This document shows positions 23,790 through 35,216 of a DNA stretch of 51,772 nucleotides, in pieces; the stretch's first letter is position 1, and the number at the start of each line of letters is the position of its first letter. The notes beneath the pieces were generated by a model, which was not told where the DNA came from, made no database searches, and saw only the letters and a program-made list of their open reading frames with translations. This stretch comes from Octopus bimaculoides (Eukaryota). The stretch covers positions 87,825,609-87,877,380 of the forward strand of contig NC_068987.1 in the NCBI RefSeq assembly GCF_001194135.2. Direction: 5' to 3'. The position numbers and the translations under genes were made by a program.

Positions 23790-24052
23790 ACCTTCCAAAG
23801 TAGATCCAATCACTAAATGACCACTATGAAGTCGACCATCACCATTCTTATAAGCAAGCAATTTGACGACCTTCACATTTTGAGCTGTTGATAGTTCTTT
23901 GCCAATTGTATGAACACTGGTTTCTTCTCTAAGATTTGATAATTTTTCTTCCCAGTGATGAAGTGTTAATAAAGCTTCATGAGTTGATAGATCTACTTTA
24001 CCATTTAGTACCTGGAAACTTCCATAAAGCTTTCTGCTCTCCAAATCTTTAT
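23790..24052 (-). CDS. DCDC1: DCDC1 exon: DKDLESRKLYGSFQVLNGKVDLSTHEALLTLHHWEEKL...VKVVKLLAYKNGDGRLHSGHLVIGSTLEG, start of DCX domain
   Basis: Acceptor aatatttcag, donor gtaagt, 263 nt, phase 1 to 0. Confidence 0.92.
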
Positions 24053-24519
24053 CTGAAATATTATAAGAAACATGTAGTAAGCCGTTCCACTGGAAACAAA
24101 ATTATTATTGTTGTACTCAACAATAACTGCCACCATTATTATTCACCAGTTGTAATATAAAATAAATCAAAACTGAAAGTCTAAAGCAATTTGATGTGTG
24201 AATCATCATCATTATTGAGTTAATGTCCATGCTTGCCAAAGTAGATTCTCTATGGCTGGATACTCTTCCTGTTGCCAACCTTTAGCTGTTTCCAAAGTAA
24301 AATAATATTTCTTTAAGATCTGATGTTTTCACAGAATATTGGAAACAAACGACAATTTTTCTATGACTGTGACACTCGTTCACAAGTATAATGAGAGGTC
24401 AAGGCAAGGAGACAGTAACACACACACACATATGTTTATATATATATATATATATCATTTTTTTCATTTTCATTTTATCTAGTTTCAGCTCATGAGCTGT
24501 GGCCATGCTGGGGCACCGC

Positions 24520-25186
24520 CATTTGGTGTTGCTACACAATTTTACTTCATGAATTTTACTTCAGGAATTGACATTTGGTACATGAGAAAGTTTGATGCAA
24601 CTGCTCTCATCTGCACCTCCTGCCGTGAAGTTGGTTCATCTGGGACACCTGGCAGGAAGAGGTCCAGCCTCATCTTGAAGACACCTACATCCACTGCATG
24701 CAGGTCTCTCAGGTCCTTCGGGAGGATATTAAAGAGCTGTGGACCTCTGAAGCTCAGGCTATTGCAGTATCTCGTCCTACATCTTGATGGCAAATTTGGA
24801 GTCCTTGGCACTATGCAATGGCGTCCAGTTCTTTTATTTGTGTAACTTTCGATGCCAAAGTTTGGGACAATTCCTTCGAGGATCTTCCAGATGTATATTA
24901 TAGCATATCTTTCTCATCTAAGCTCTAAGGAATAGAGTCTTAATCTCTTCAGTCTTTCCCAATAGCTTATATGCTGCATAGAGGCTATCTTCTTTGTGTA
25001 GCTTCGTTGGATTGCCTCAAGTTCTGAGATTAATTTGACACTGGTTGGTGACCATAGCTGAGAGCAATAGTCAAAGTGGCTTAGAACAAGTGTCCTCCAG
25101 AGCACCATCATGGTTTCCTGATCTCTTGTTCTAAATATATAATAAATCTCCAAACAAGGTATAAACAGTAGCTGCATGACATCGTG
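24520..25186 (-). mobile_element. CR1-clade LINE 3' fragment (RT C-terminus), frameshifted
   Basis: LVLSHFDYCSQLWSP...LEAIQRSYTKKI...SYWERLKRLRLYSLELR and NSLSFRGPQLFNILPKDLR...FKMRLDLFLPGVPDEP. Confidence 0.88.
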
Positions 25187-25640
25187 AAATATATTTGCCA
25201 CCTAAATGCAGCTAACCCTTAAGAGTCGATGTTACTGTAGCTTGTAGCCCCAGGAAGACATCTCCTCCAGCTGGCTATTGACACACTGTGTGTCCCGTAT
25301 CAGTATTTGCAAAGGGAAGTCACCGTTCCCATCTCCAGCCTGACATGAGACACATGGATCTGAGTTTCTGGGTATTGACCTGTCATCAGCGTGTGACAAC
25401 CACCGGCTGGCGATGTGAAGTGGTTCCCAATGCAAATATATGTATACTTTTTCCAGTGACAAAAAGTCACTGATCTCGAAAAAGTGGAAACAAGCAATAA
25501 TAAATCTCTGAGTGATGAAAATACTGATAGGGCATAGAAAGTGTATCAATAGCCAGCTGGAGGAGATGTCCTCTTGGGGCTGCAAGTCACAGTAGCATCA
25601 GCCCTTAAGGGTTAGCCACATTTAGGTGGCAAATATATTT
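25187..25640. mobile_element. Fold-back/MITE-like element with about 110-bp terminal inverted repeats
   Basis: 25187-25296 is the reverse complement of 25530-25640 (aaatatatttgccacctaaatg...ccagctggctattga). Confidence 0.8.
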
Positions 25641-26068
25641 TACGCTATATGTATATATATGTATATGTATATATATATACATATGTGTGTATGTATATAT
25701 GGCAGGCTTCTTTTAATTTCCATCTACCAAATCCACTCACAAGATTTTGGGCAGTATGGAGCTACAATAGAAGACAGACACTAGTCCAAGGTTCCATGCA
25801 GTGGGACTGAAACTAAAACCATGTAATTGGGTAAGCAAACATCTTACCACACAACCATGCCTGCACCTGAACATTAACAAAAAATTGGAAATGTTCTGTA
25901 ACTTTTGATAGGTCATTAGGTCACGGATAAGACTCTGTTTGATGCAAGTAAGTAGCTATCTGCGTATTTAATGCATAGAATAGTAAAAAAGAAAAAAAGA
26001 GTTAATATAGAATCAGAGAGAAGTACACACTAGACTCTAATAAATATTATTTATTCATGTTTCTAATA

Positions 26069-26114
26069 GCAACAAGACATGTTTCTGCTTCGTTGAGCAT
26101 CTTCAGCAAAGTGC
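26069..26114 (-). ncRNA. Degenerate hammerhead-like motif (Penelope-type end)
   Basis: CTGAAGA-TGCT-CAACGA-AGCA-GAAA-C-AT-G-TC; helix I poorly paired. Confidence 0.4.
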
Positions 26115-27924
26115 AGCCTGTAATTTGTTGAAGTGTTGGTAAATGAACAATGCGGTAAATACATAAAAATGTAAAGAAAACTTACTGGGGCATAAAAATA
26201 AATTTGTTCAGACATTAAATATATCTGTGACATCGTCCACATAACAATATGCAATGATCCGCATGAAGCAGTGACACGAGTTCTCGTCTCATGTAATTGC
26301 TCGAATAATGTAAAAACATTTAGTTACAGAAAAAGCATTATTGTTTGTTTTTTTTTGTTTTTTTTTCGTCACTGAATATTATTTGGTTTTTGCTTTCTGT
26401 CTTTTTCTATTCTAAATCAGTTAGGTGTGGCTGTGTGTTTAAGAAGCTTGTTTCCCAACCATATGGTTTCAGGTTCAGTCCTACTACATGGTCCCATGGA
26501 GCAAGTGTCTTCTACTATATAGCCCCAGGCTAACCACGGCATTGGAAGTGGATTTGATAGATGAAAACTGCTCTCTTTCTTTCTCTCTCTCTCTCTCTCG
26601 TTCTCTCTCTCTTCTTTTATTCTTTTACTTGTTTCAGTCATTTGACTGTAGCCATGCTGGAGCACTACCTTTAGTCGAACAAATCAACCCCAGCATTTAT
26701 TCTTTGTAAGCCTAGTACTTATTCTATCGATTTCTTTCGCCGAATTGCTAAGTTACGGGGGCATAAACACACCAGCATCAGTTGATAAACACAGCACTGT
26801 CTTTAAAATATTTTGGTCAGCCTGAGGCTATAGTAGGGCCACACAGTAGGACTGAACCCAGAACCATGTGGTTGGGAAGTAAGCTACTTACCACACAGCC
26901 ATTTCTGCACCTGTAACATATATATATATATANNNNNNNNNNNNNNNNNNNNNNNNNNNNNNNNNNNNNNNNNNNNNNNNNNNNNNNNNNNNNNNNNNNN
27001 NNNNNNNNNNNNNNNNNNNNNNNNNNNNNNNNNNNNNNNNNNNNNNNNNNNNNNNNNNNNNNNNNNNNNNNNNNNNNNNNNNNNNNNNNNNNNNNNNNNN
27101 NNNNNNNNNNNNNNNNNNNNNNNNNNNNNNNNNNNNNNNNNNNNNNNNNNNNNNNNNNNNNNNNNNNNNNNNNNNNNNNNNNNNNNNNNNNNNNNNNNNN
27201 NNNNNNNNNNNNNNNNNNNNNNNNNNNNNNNNNNNNNNNNNNNNNNNNNNNNNNNNNNNNNNNNNNNNNNNNNNNNNNNNNNNNNNNNNNNNNNNNNNNN
27301 NNNNNNNNNNNNNNNNNNNNNNNNNNNNNNNNNNNNNNNNNNNNNNNNNNNNNNNNNNNNNNNNNNNNNNNNNNNNNNNNNNNNNNNNNNNNNNNNNNNN
27401 NNNNNNNNNNNNNNNNNNNNNNNNNNNNNNNNNTCTAGGCCTCTTCAGAAATTTTATAAAGTACATAAGGTTAAGTTATGAATATAAAAATATAAAAAAG
27501 TCATATATATATGCATACTTCTACATATACATAGATCATCATCATCATCATCATCATCATCATCGTTTAACGTCCGCCTTCCATGCTAGCATGGGTTGGA
27601 CGATTTGACTGAGGACTGGTGAAACCGGATGGCAACACCAGGCTCCAATCTAATTTGGCAGAGTTTCTACAGCTGGATGCCCTTCCTAACGCCAACCACT
27701 CAGAGAGTGTAGTGGGTGCTTTTACATGTCACCCGCACGAAAATGGCCACGCTCGAAATGGTGTCTTTTATGTGCCACCCGCACAAGACCCAGTCCAGGG
27801 AAATGTATTTATATATGTATTTATGTATATTTATACATATCTATGTATATATAAAAGTATGCATATATATGTGAGTTTTTTATATTTTTATATTTATAAC
27901 TTAACCTTATGTACTTTATAAAAT

Positions 27925-28133
27925 CTCTTTTGTTACCAACCTGGCTGAAACTGGCTCTGTCTAGTTTTCATAAGTTTTGAATTCAAATCTTCCACCAAAC
28001 CTTACTCACAATTTATGTTCCTAACACTAGCTTAATGACAACTAAGATATTTTACTAAATTCTTTGTTATATTTAAAGTAATTGAAAAGAAACACAGAAC
28101 ATCTCAAAATAAAAAGAGTAATGAAAGGGTTAA
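27925..28133 (-). mobile_element. Monomeric degenerate copy of the same piggyBac-like MITE
   Basis: Homologous to 7764-7995; ends in aaagggttaa. Confidence 0.7.
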
Positions 28134-28699
28134 GACAGCAGGATTTACAATAAAAATGGGATGATCAGCAAATAAGGATCACTTTATTTAGACACCAGTC
28201 ATTGTAGATTTACAATATTGTGGGGTGGGGGACGAGGTGTCTAGACATCTGATTGGTTACTTCAAAAACCGTTGGTTTGGTTTATCAAAGATGACCAAAG
28301 TCGGTCAAGCAATCATGATGAATTTGAAAAATTAAATTTATATTAATCAATGATCAATATCTTTATTTTATCTCACTTCAAATTCATTTGCGTTTTGGCT
28401 CTTTTAATGCTTCACGCTAAATTTGACCAAAGTGTTTCAGAATAACAATTACTATTGCTTCTGCTACAATTACTACTACTACCACCACCACCACTATAAC
28501 TGCTGCCACCATCACCACCAACACTACTACTACTACTAATAATAATAATAACAATAACCCTTTTTACTGGAAGCACAAGGCCTCAAATTTATGGGGAGGG
28601 AACAAGTCAATTACATCAACCCCATTGTTTCACTGTTACTTAATTTATTAACCCCGAAAGGATGAAAGGCAAAGTCAACCTCGGTGGGATTTGAACTCA

Positions 28700-28760
<61 letters not shown>

Positions 28761-28995
28761 TCTTTTTAATTTTTGGCACAAGGCCAGTAATTTTGAGGGG
28801 AGGGGGAAGTCAATTACACTGACTCCAATGTTCAACTGGTCCTTATATCGACCCCGAAAGAATGAATGGTAAATTTGACCTCAGTAGAAAATAATAACAA
28901 TAATAATAATGGCATCAAATTTCGGCACAAGGCCAGAAATTTTTGGAGGGTAGGGGGTAAGTCAGTTACATGCTGGCATGTGTTGGACGGTTTGA

Positions 28996-29409
28996 CTGGC
29001 ACTAATAATAATAAGGATAATTAAAAAAATGGAGCTGACCCAAAATGCCAATTCTGTAACAATGAGATTGAAACTATAGACCACTTAATCTCAGGGTGTA
29101 GAGTCTTAGCACCTGTAGAATATAAAGCAAGACATGACAGAGTCAGCCAGTATTTACACTGGACAATATGTCAGCATTATAAAATCAAAACTGCTGACAA
29201 ATGGTATAAACACCATCCTGAAGCTGTGACTGAGGGAGAAAATGTGTCAATTCTCTGGGACTCCCCTGTACATACCGACAAAACTATAAAAGCTAATAAA
29301 CTGGATATTATTATAAAAGATCAGACAAAGAAGATGTGTTTATTAATTGACATGAGTATTCCTTGCGATCACAATATAGCAGCGAAAGAATTTGACAAGA
29401 TCAGTAAAT
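28996..29409 (+). mobile_element. R4/Dong-like non-LTR retrotransposon fragment (zinc knuckle plus restriction-like endonuclease), 5'-truncated and cut by an assembly gap
   Basis: DPKCQFCNNEIETIDHLISGC...RHDRVSQYLHWTIC...ILWDSPVHTDKTIKANKLDIIIKD...LIDMSIPCDHNIAAKEFDKISK: CCHC and PD-(D/E)xK-type motifs. Confidence 0.85.
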
Positions 29410-30239
29410 NNNNNNNNNNNNNNNNNNNNNNNNNNNNNNNNNNNNNNNNNNNNNNNNNNNNNNNNNNNNNNNNNNNNNNNNNNNNNNNNNNNNNNNNNNN
29501 NNNNNNNNNNNNNNNNNNNNNNNNNNNNNNNNNNNNNNNNNNNNNNNNNNNNNNNNNNNNNNNNNNNNNNNNNNNNNNNNNNNNNNNNNNNNNNNNNNNN
29601 NNNNNNNNNNNNNNNNNNNNNNNNNNNNNNNNNNNNNNNNNNNNNNNNNNNNNNNNNNNNNNNNNNNNNNNNNNNNNNNNNNNNNNNNNNNNNNNNNNNN
29701 NNNNNNNNNNNNNNNNNNNNNNNNNNNNNNNNNNNNNNNNNNNNNNNNNNNNNNNNNNNNNNNNNNNNNNNNNNNNNNNNNNNNNNNNNNNNNNNNNNNN
29801 NNNNNNNNNNNNNNNNNNNNNNNNNNNNNNNNNNNNNNNNNNNNNNNNNNNNNNNNNNNNNNNNNNNNNNNNNNNNNNNNNNNNNNNNNNNNNNNNNNNN
29901 NNNNNNNNNNNNNNNNNNNNNNNNNNNNNNNNNNNNNNNNNNNNNNNNNNNNNNNNNNNNNNNNNNNNNNNNNNNNNNNNNNNNNNNNNNNNNNNNNNNN
30001 NNNNNNNNNNNNNNNNNNNNNNNNNNNNNNNNNNNNNNNNCAAATTTTGCCACAAGGGCAGCTTGGTGGTGGGGAGAGATTAAGTTGATTACATCAACCG
30101 CAGTGCATAACTGGTACTTATTTAATCAACTCTGAAAGGCAAAGTCGACCTCAGCAGAATTTGAACTCAGAACGTAAAGGCGGGTGAAATACTGCTAAGC
30201 ATTGTGTTGGTGTGCTAACAATTCTGCCAGCTCGCTGTC

Positions 30240-30291
<52 letters not shown>

Positions 30292-30558
30292 GAGCACTCA
30301 GAGAGTGTAACCCTCCACCAAGGCAATACCAACATCCTCTCAACAATTGGCCATGGATGATTTTTAAAATGAGAGTATCTGAAATAAACTCGACTGCTCT
30401 TACAAAGAAGAATACTAAAAATGAACCTGACCACTCTCAAAAATTAACTAAAAAAAACAGAAAGATAATCCAGAATCCTTGTCCAGTACCTGGTTGATCC
30501 CAATGGTAGTCATGAAATGTGAGGGTGACTGTAGAAAATTCAGTAACAGTAATAAGTA

Positions 30559-30870
30559 GCTTATCCTTATCTAATACAAGCCAAAGTGAACAAATTCACC
30601 ATTCAAAATAGTTACAGCCTAAAGGGAGATAATTGAGAAAGACTTGAAAGTTAACATAAGATCTTAATCATGTAAAGTAAATATAACTAATAATCCAGAA
30701 TCCTTGTCCAGTACTGGGTTGATCCCAAAAAGTTCATGCCAGTCATGAGGCCAAACATCCCTGAAAGTTTCATCTAAATCCATCCAGTGGTTTTAGAGAT
30801 ATCTTGTCCATGGACAAACAAACAAACGCGACTGAAAACAATACCACCACCTTCGCTAAGGTGGAGGTAA
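30559..30870. mobile_element. Interspersed repeat with terminal hairpin (Helitron/Helentron-like non-autonomous element), copy 1
   Basis: Ends in accaccaccttcgctaaggtggaggtaa hairpin; direct repeat of 31674-31952. Family assignment is an inference. Confidence 0.5.
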
Positions 30871-30890
30871 TAATAATATAGCAACAATAG

Positions 30891-30940
<50 letters not shown>

Positions 30941-30945
30941 CTGAC

Positions 30946-31105
30946 CTTGTTCTCCCATGGCACATGAAAACTCAGTCCCTGGCTTTAATTTCTGCATACA
31001 ATATCGTCCTCTAAGAGTATAGGCACATGAAAGACAGAGTTTTTTATACAAAACAGTTTGACCATTTAAAGAATCTGGTTTCTGAGGTAATTCCACCGAG
31101 TAACC
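30946..31105 (-). CDS. DCDC1: DCDC1 exon: GYSVELPQKPDSLNGQTVLYKKLCLSCAYTLRGRYCMQKLKPGTEFSCAMGEQ
   Basis: Acceptor aacttttccag, donor gtcagt, 160 nt, phase 0 to 1; inside ORF 30770-31132. Confidence 0.87.
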
Positions 31106-31673
31106 CTGGAAAAGTTTAGAAAAGAAAATCAATTCTTGTCACTCTTTCATTTAATTATCTGCCACTAATTACAAACACAATTAGAGAACATATAAAAACA
31201 ATTCTCCATGAGCCCTTGGGCACATAAGGAGTTACCTGCTTCCCATGGTGTTTAAGTGACTGAGATCATAACATTCCGTTTGAGTGGTGGATGTTAAAAC
31301 AACGATGATGTTGATGATGATGATTTTGATCGTTAGTTTACCAATACTCCTCCACCACCTTTTACTAAGACTAAATATTGATTCCAAATTTTGGCACAAG
31401 GCCAGCAATTTCGGGGGAGGGGGGCAAGTCAATTATATTGACCCCAGTGCTCAGCTGCTATTTAATTTATTGATCCTGAAAGGATGAAATGCAAAGTTGG
31501 CCTCAGTGGGATTTGAACTCAGAACACAAGGATGGATGAAATGCCACAAAGCATTTTGCCTGGTGTGCTAATAATTCTGCCAGCTGACTGCCTTACTATG
31601 ACTAAATCTTAAAACAAAGGAAGCTCTTCCCAGATGAGACATAAACCTCCTTCTAAGTAAGATACTGGACATG

Positions 31674-31952
31674 GCTTATCCTTATCTAATACAAGCCAAA
31701 ATGAACAAAGGGAGATAATTGAGAAAGACTTGAAAGTTAACTTAAGATCGTAATCATGTAAAGTAATAATCCAGAATCCTTGTTCAGTACTGGATTGATC
31801 CCTAAATCTAATCAGTTCTTGCCAGTCACGAGGCCAAACATCCCTGAAAGTTTCATCCAAATCCATCCAACGGTTCTTGAGATATCTTATCCATAGACAA
31901 ACAAACAAATGCAACTGAAACAATACCTCCTCCTTCGCTAAGGCATAGGTAA
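31674..31952. mobile_element. Same element, copy 2
   Basis: gcttatccttatctaatacaagccaaa...acctcctccttcgctaaggc. Confidence 0.5.
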
Positions 31953-32344
31953 TAATAATAATATAACTTTTTCTTATGGAAGGATTTGAAGACTGCCCTG
32001 TAAGGTGATGAAATACTCATAAGTTCCACAGCCTTCATAACAATTTCTTTGTTTTTTTATTGTTTTTTTACAAGTAGTAGGAAATTTTAGGGAGAGCAGA
32101 AGGTCTTCAGAAAAGATCTCCTCATGCAAATGCTTCAGCCCTTAATTCCTTACACTGTAAAAGAGCTGGGCAATATCTGGGCTATGATTCCTGGATACCC
32201 CTCTGCTTCTACATTCTGTGCTATTCTTCTGCATTGCAATCCTCCTTGATGGTTAAGATGACCCAGAACCAAGGTAACTTACATGTAACCAATCCAGTTG
32301 AAGACATTAGTTGACTCTGGAGTAAATTATGCTTTTAAAATTCA

Positions 32345-32700
32345 TTTTTATTCCTCTTTGACCAGATCCAGTTGGAATTCTTCTCAGCTGCTTCTGCCAT
32401 TGGCTCAAGAGCTCTCCCAGAAATTGAGAGCATTATTTAAATGAAGAGGGGCAGGAACAATGAGGGAATTCTGAGATTGGTGCGAGATGGAAGGAAGGAA
32501 GAAAATTATACTCATATAAGAGGAGAACTGGTTTGAATGCTTGCAACAGACAGACTCTGCTACAGGCATCCATGGGACAGGTGGTGGTGTGGGAATGAAC
32601 AGTGGATTAAATGACTTATAACACCTTTGACAGCTTCTTAGAGCAAGAGGGGCCCAAATGAGGGCTTCTGCATGGTTGTTTGTGTGCAAGATATAGTAGC
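32345..32700 (-). mobile_element. Highly decayed C-terminus of a HERO/NeSL-like RLE non-LTR element
   Basis: ISGRALEPMAEAAEKNSNWIWSKRN* resembles the AAE.ASRWLW.RR C-terminal motif of such elements as I recall it; upstream part is frameshifted. Confidence 0.4.
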
Positions 32701-32710
32701 ACAAACTCCC

Positions 32711-33182
32711 TTGACCCTTTTGTTACCATACTTCTGTTGAGATGCTCTTTGTTTCTTTCAATTAATTTTAAATATAACAAAGAATTAAGTAAAATAACTT
32801 AGTTATCATTCAGCTAGTGTTAGGAACATAAATTGTGACTAAGGTTTGGTAGAAGATTTTAATTCAAAACTTATGAAAACAAAGCATTTGAACCACAGAG
32901 TGGGAGATGGTTTCAGCCAGGTTGGTATCAAAAGGATTAAATTAATCATTTGTTAACCCTTTTGTTACCATTTTTCTGTTGAGATGTTCTGTGTTTCTTT
33001 CAATTAATTTTAAATATAACAAAGAATTTAGTAAAATAACTTAGTTATCGTTAAGCTAGTGTTAGGAACATAAATTGTGACTAAGGTTTGGTGGAATATT
33101 TTAATTCAAAACTTATGAAAACAAGACATTTGTACTACAGAGCCAGAGGTGGATTCAGCCGCGTTGGTATCAAAAGAGTTAA
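32711..33182 (+). mobile_element. Head-to-tail dimer of the same piggyBac-like MITE
   Basis: Two 230-bp units separated by attaatcatttg (32941-32952). Confidence 0.8.
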
Positions 33183-34694
33183 ATAACATCCTATCATCTT
33201 AGAAATATCTTCCTATGGCCAGACATATTTTCACAGAAGATTGGCAAGGAAAGCCAATGCTTGTTTGTTACTGTTTCCTTTCCCAGGGCAAGGAAACAGT
33301 TACACACACACGACAGGCTTCTTTTGGTTTCCACCTACTGAATCCCCACAAAAGGCTTTGGGTCAGCCCAGAGCTAATAGGGGTTATAATAGAAGACACT
33401 TGTTCAAGACGACATGCAGTGGGACTGAACTTGAAACCATGTGGTTGGGAAGCAAACTTGTTACTACACAGCCATGCCGGCACCTATTCAATTGATTATA
33501 ATTCTTCTATATAAGAAAATTGGTCTGAAATTCTAAGCTAAAGAAATCAATATTCTTAAAATTCCTTCCTTTTGTGAATTGTTCACCAAAGTAGACTAAT
33601 GACAGAAAAATGATACAATATTTTGATATTTCTTACAAGGAACATTCTTCAAATACAAAGCTTCAAACCGTTTCTTCTTTCATTTCCATTATGTAGTAGT
33701 TTTAAATGATTAACCTATCTTTACATATGATGACGACAATAAAAACAAGGCCAACGGCAAAGCTGATGAACTCACCATGAACGCTTACATATTACACCGT
33801 GTGTGCTTCTGTGTGTCTGTGCGTGTGTATGTGTCTCTGTGTGTCTGTGTGTCTGTGTGTGTTGTGTGGTGTATTTTATGTAAATATTCAGGTGATATGA
33901 TACACCTGTAACGTGTAGGTGGAGAACTGTAGAATAAAATCAATAATTGCTTACTAACATACACGCTGCACCTGCATTTTTGTGTGCTTATATGCATGTG
34001 TATTGTTTTATTTGTTTCAGTCATTTGACTGTGGCCATGCTGGAGCACCACCTTTAGTTGAATGAATCGAGCCCAGGACTTATTCTTTGTAAGCCTACCA
34101 CTTATTCTATCGGTCTCTTTTGCAGAACTGCTAAGTTACGGGGACGTAAACACACCAACATTGCTTGTCAAGCAATGGTGGGGGGACACACATAGACACA
34201 CACACACACACACGATGGGCTTCTTTCAGTTTCTATCTACCAAATCCACTAACAAGGTTTTGGTCGGCCTGAGTCTATAGTAGAAGACACTTGCCCAAGG
34301 TATCATACAGTGGGACTGAACCCAGAACCATGTGGTTGGTAAGCAAGCTTCTTATTTCATTATTGCCCACAAGGGGCTAAACATAGAGGGGACAACCAAG
34401 GACAGACAAAGGGATTAAGTCGATTACATCGACCCCAGTGCGTAACTGGTACTTAATTTATCGACCCCGAAAGGATGAAAGGCAAAGTCGACCTTGGCAG
34501 AATTTGAACTCTGAATGTAATGGCAGACAAAATACCGCTAAGCATTTCGTCCGGCATGCTAACGTGTATGTGTGTGTACATAGATGATCATATACACATG
34601 CAGATACACACACGTACAACACACACATATATACAAACACACATACATACACATACACACAAACACACACATATCAATACATACATACCTACCT

Positions 34695-34928
34695 AAGGCG
34701 GCGAACTGGCAGAAACGTTAGCACGCCGGGCGAAATGCTTAGCGGTATTTCGTCTGTCGCTACGTTCTGAGTTCAAATTCCGCCGAGGTCGACTTTGCCT
34801 TTCATCCTTTCGGGGTCGATCAAATAAGTACCAGTTACGCACTGGGGTCGGTATAATCGACTTAATCCGTTTGTCTGTCCTTGTTTGTCCCCTCTGTGTG
34901 TAGCCTTTTGTGGGTAGTAAAGAAATAA
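34695..34928 (+). mobile_element. SINE family A, young full-length copy
   Basis: CpG-rich; B-box-like gagttcaaattcc; flanked by a repeated caatacatacatacctaccta. Confidence 0.88.
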
Positions 34929-35145
34929 CACATACCAATACATACATACCTACCTACTTACATACACACATACACGCACACACACACACACACAAACACA
35001 CACATACATGTGTATGTGCATTTGCATGCACACGCACGAATGTGTGCATGTGTGTACACAGACGATCACATATACATGCAGAGAGAATAAATAACAAAAA
35101 TAGAATGAAATAAAGTGAAATAAATCTCCTCAAAATCCAACTTAC

Positions 35146-35216
35146 TGGTTGATCAATTTTCGTCTTCGCTGTAATCGCAAAAGTACAAATATTGCTGGAG
35201 CTTGCTGCCGTGATTT
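35146..35216 (-). CDS. DCDC1: DCDC1 exon: EITAASSSNICTFAITAKTKIDQP
   Basis: Acceptor ttctattaacag, donor gtaagt, 71 nt, phase 1 to 0. Confidence 0.85.

Noticed and set aside
26186-26330. Strong gtaagt donor suggesting a missing DCDC1 exon
   Set aside because: No suitable acceptor or homologous peptide; exons 30946-31105 and 23790-24052 join directly.
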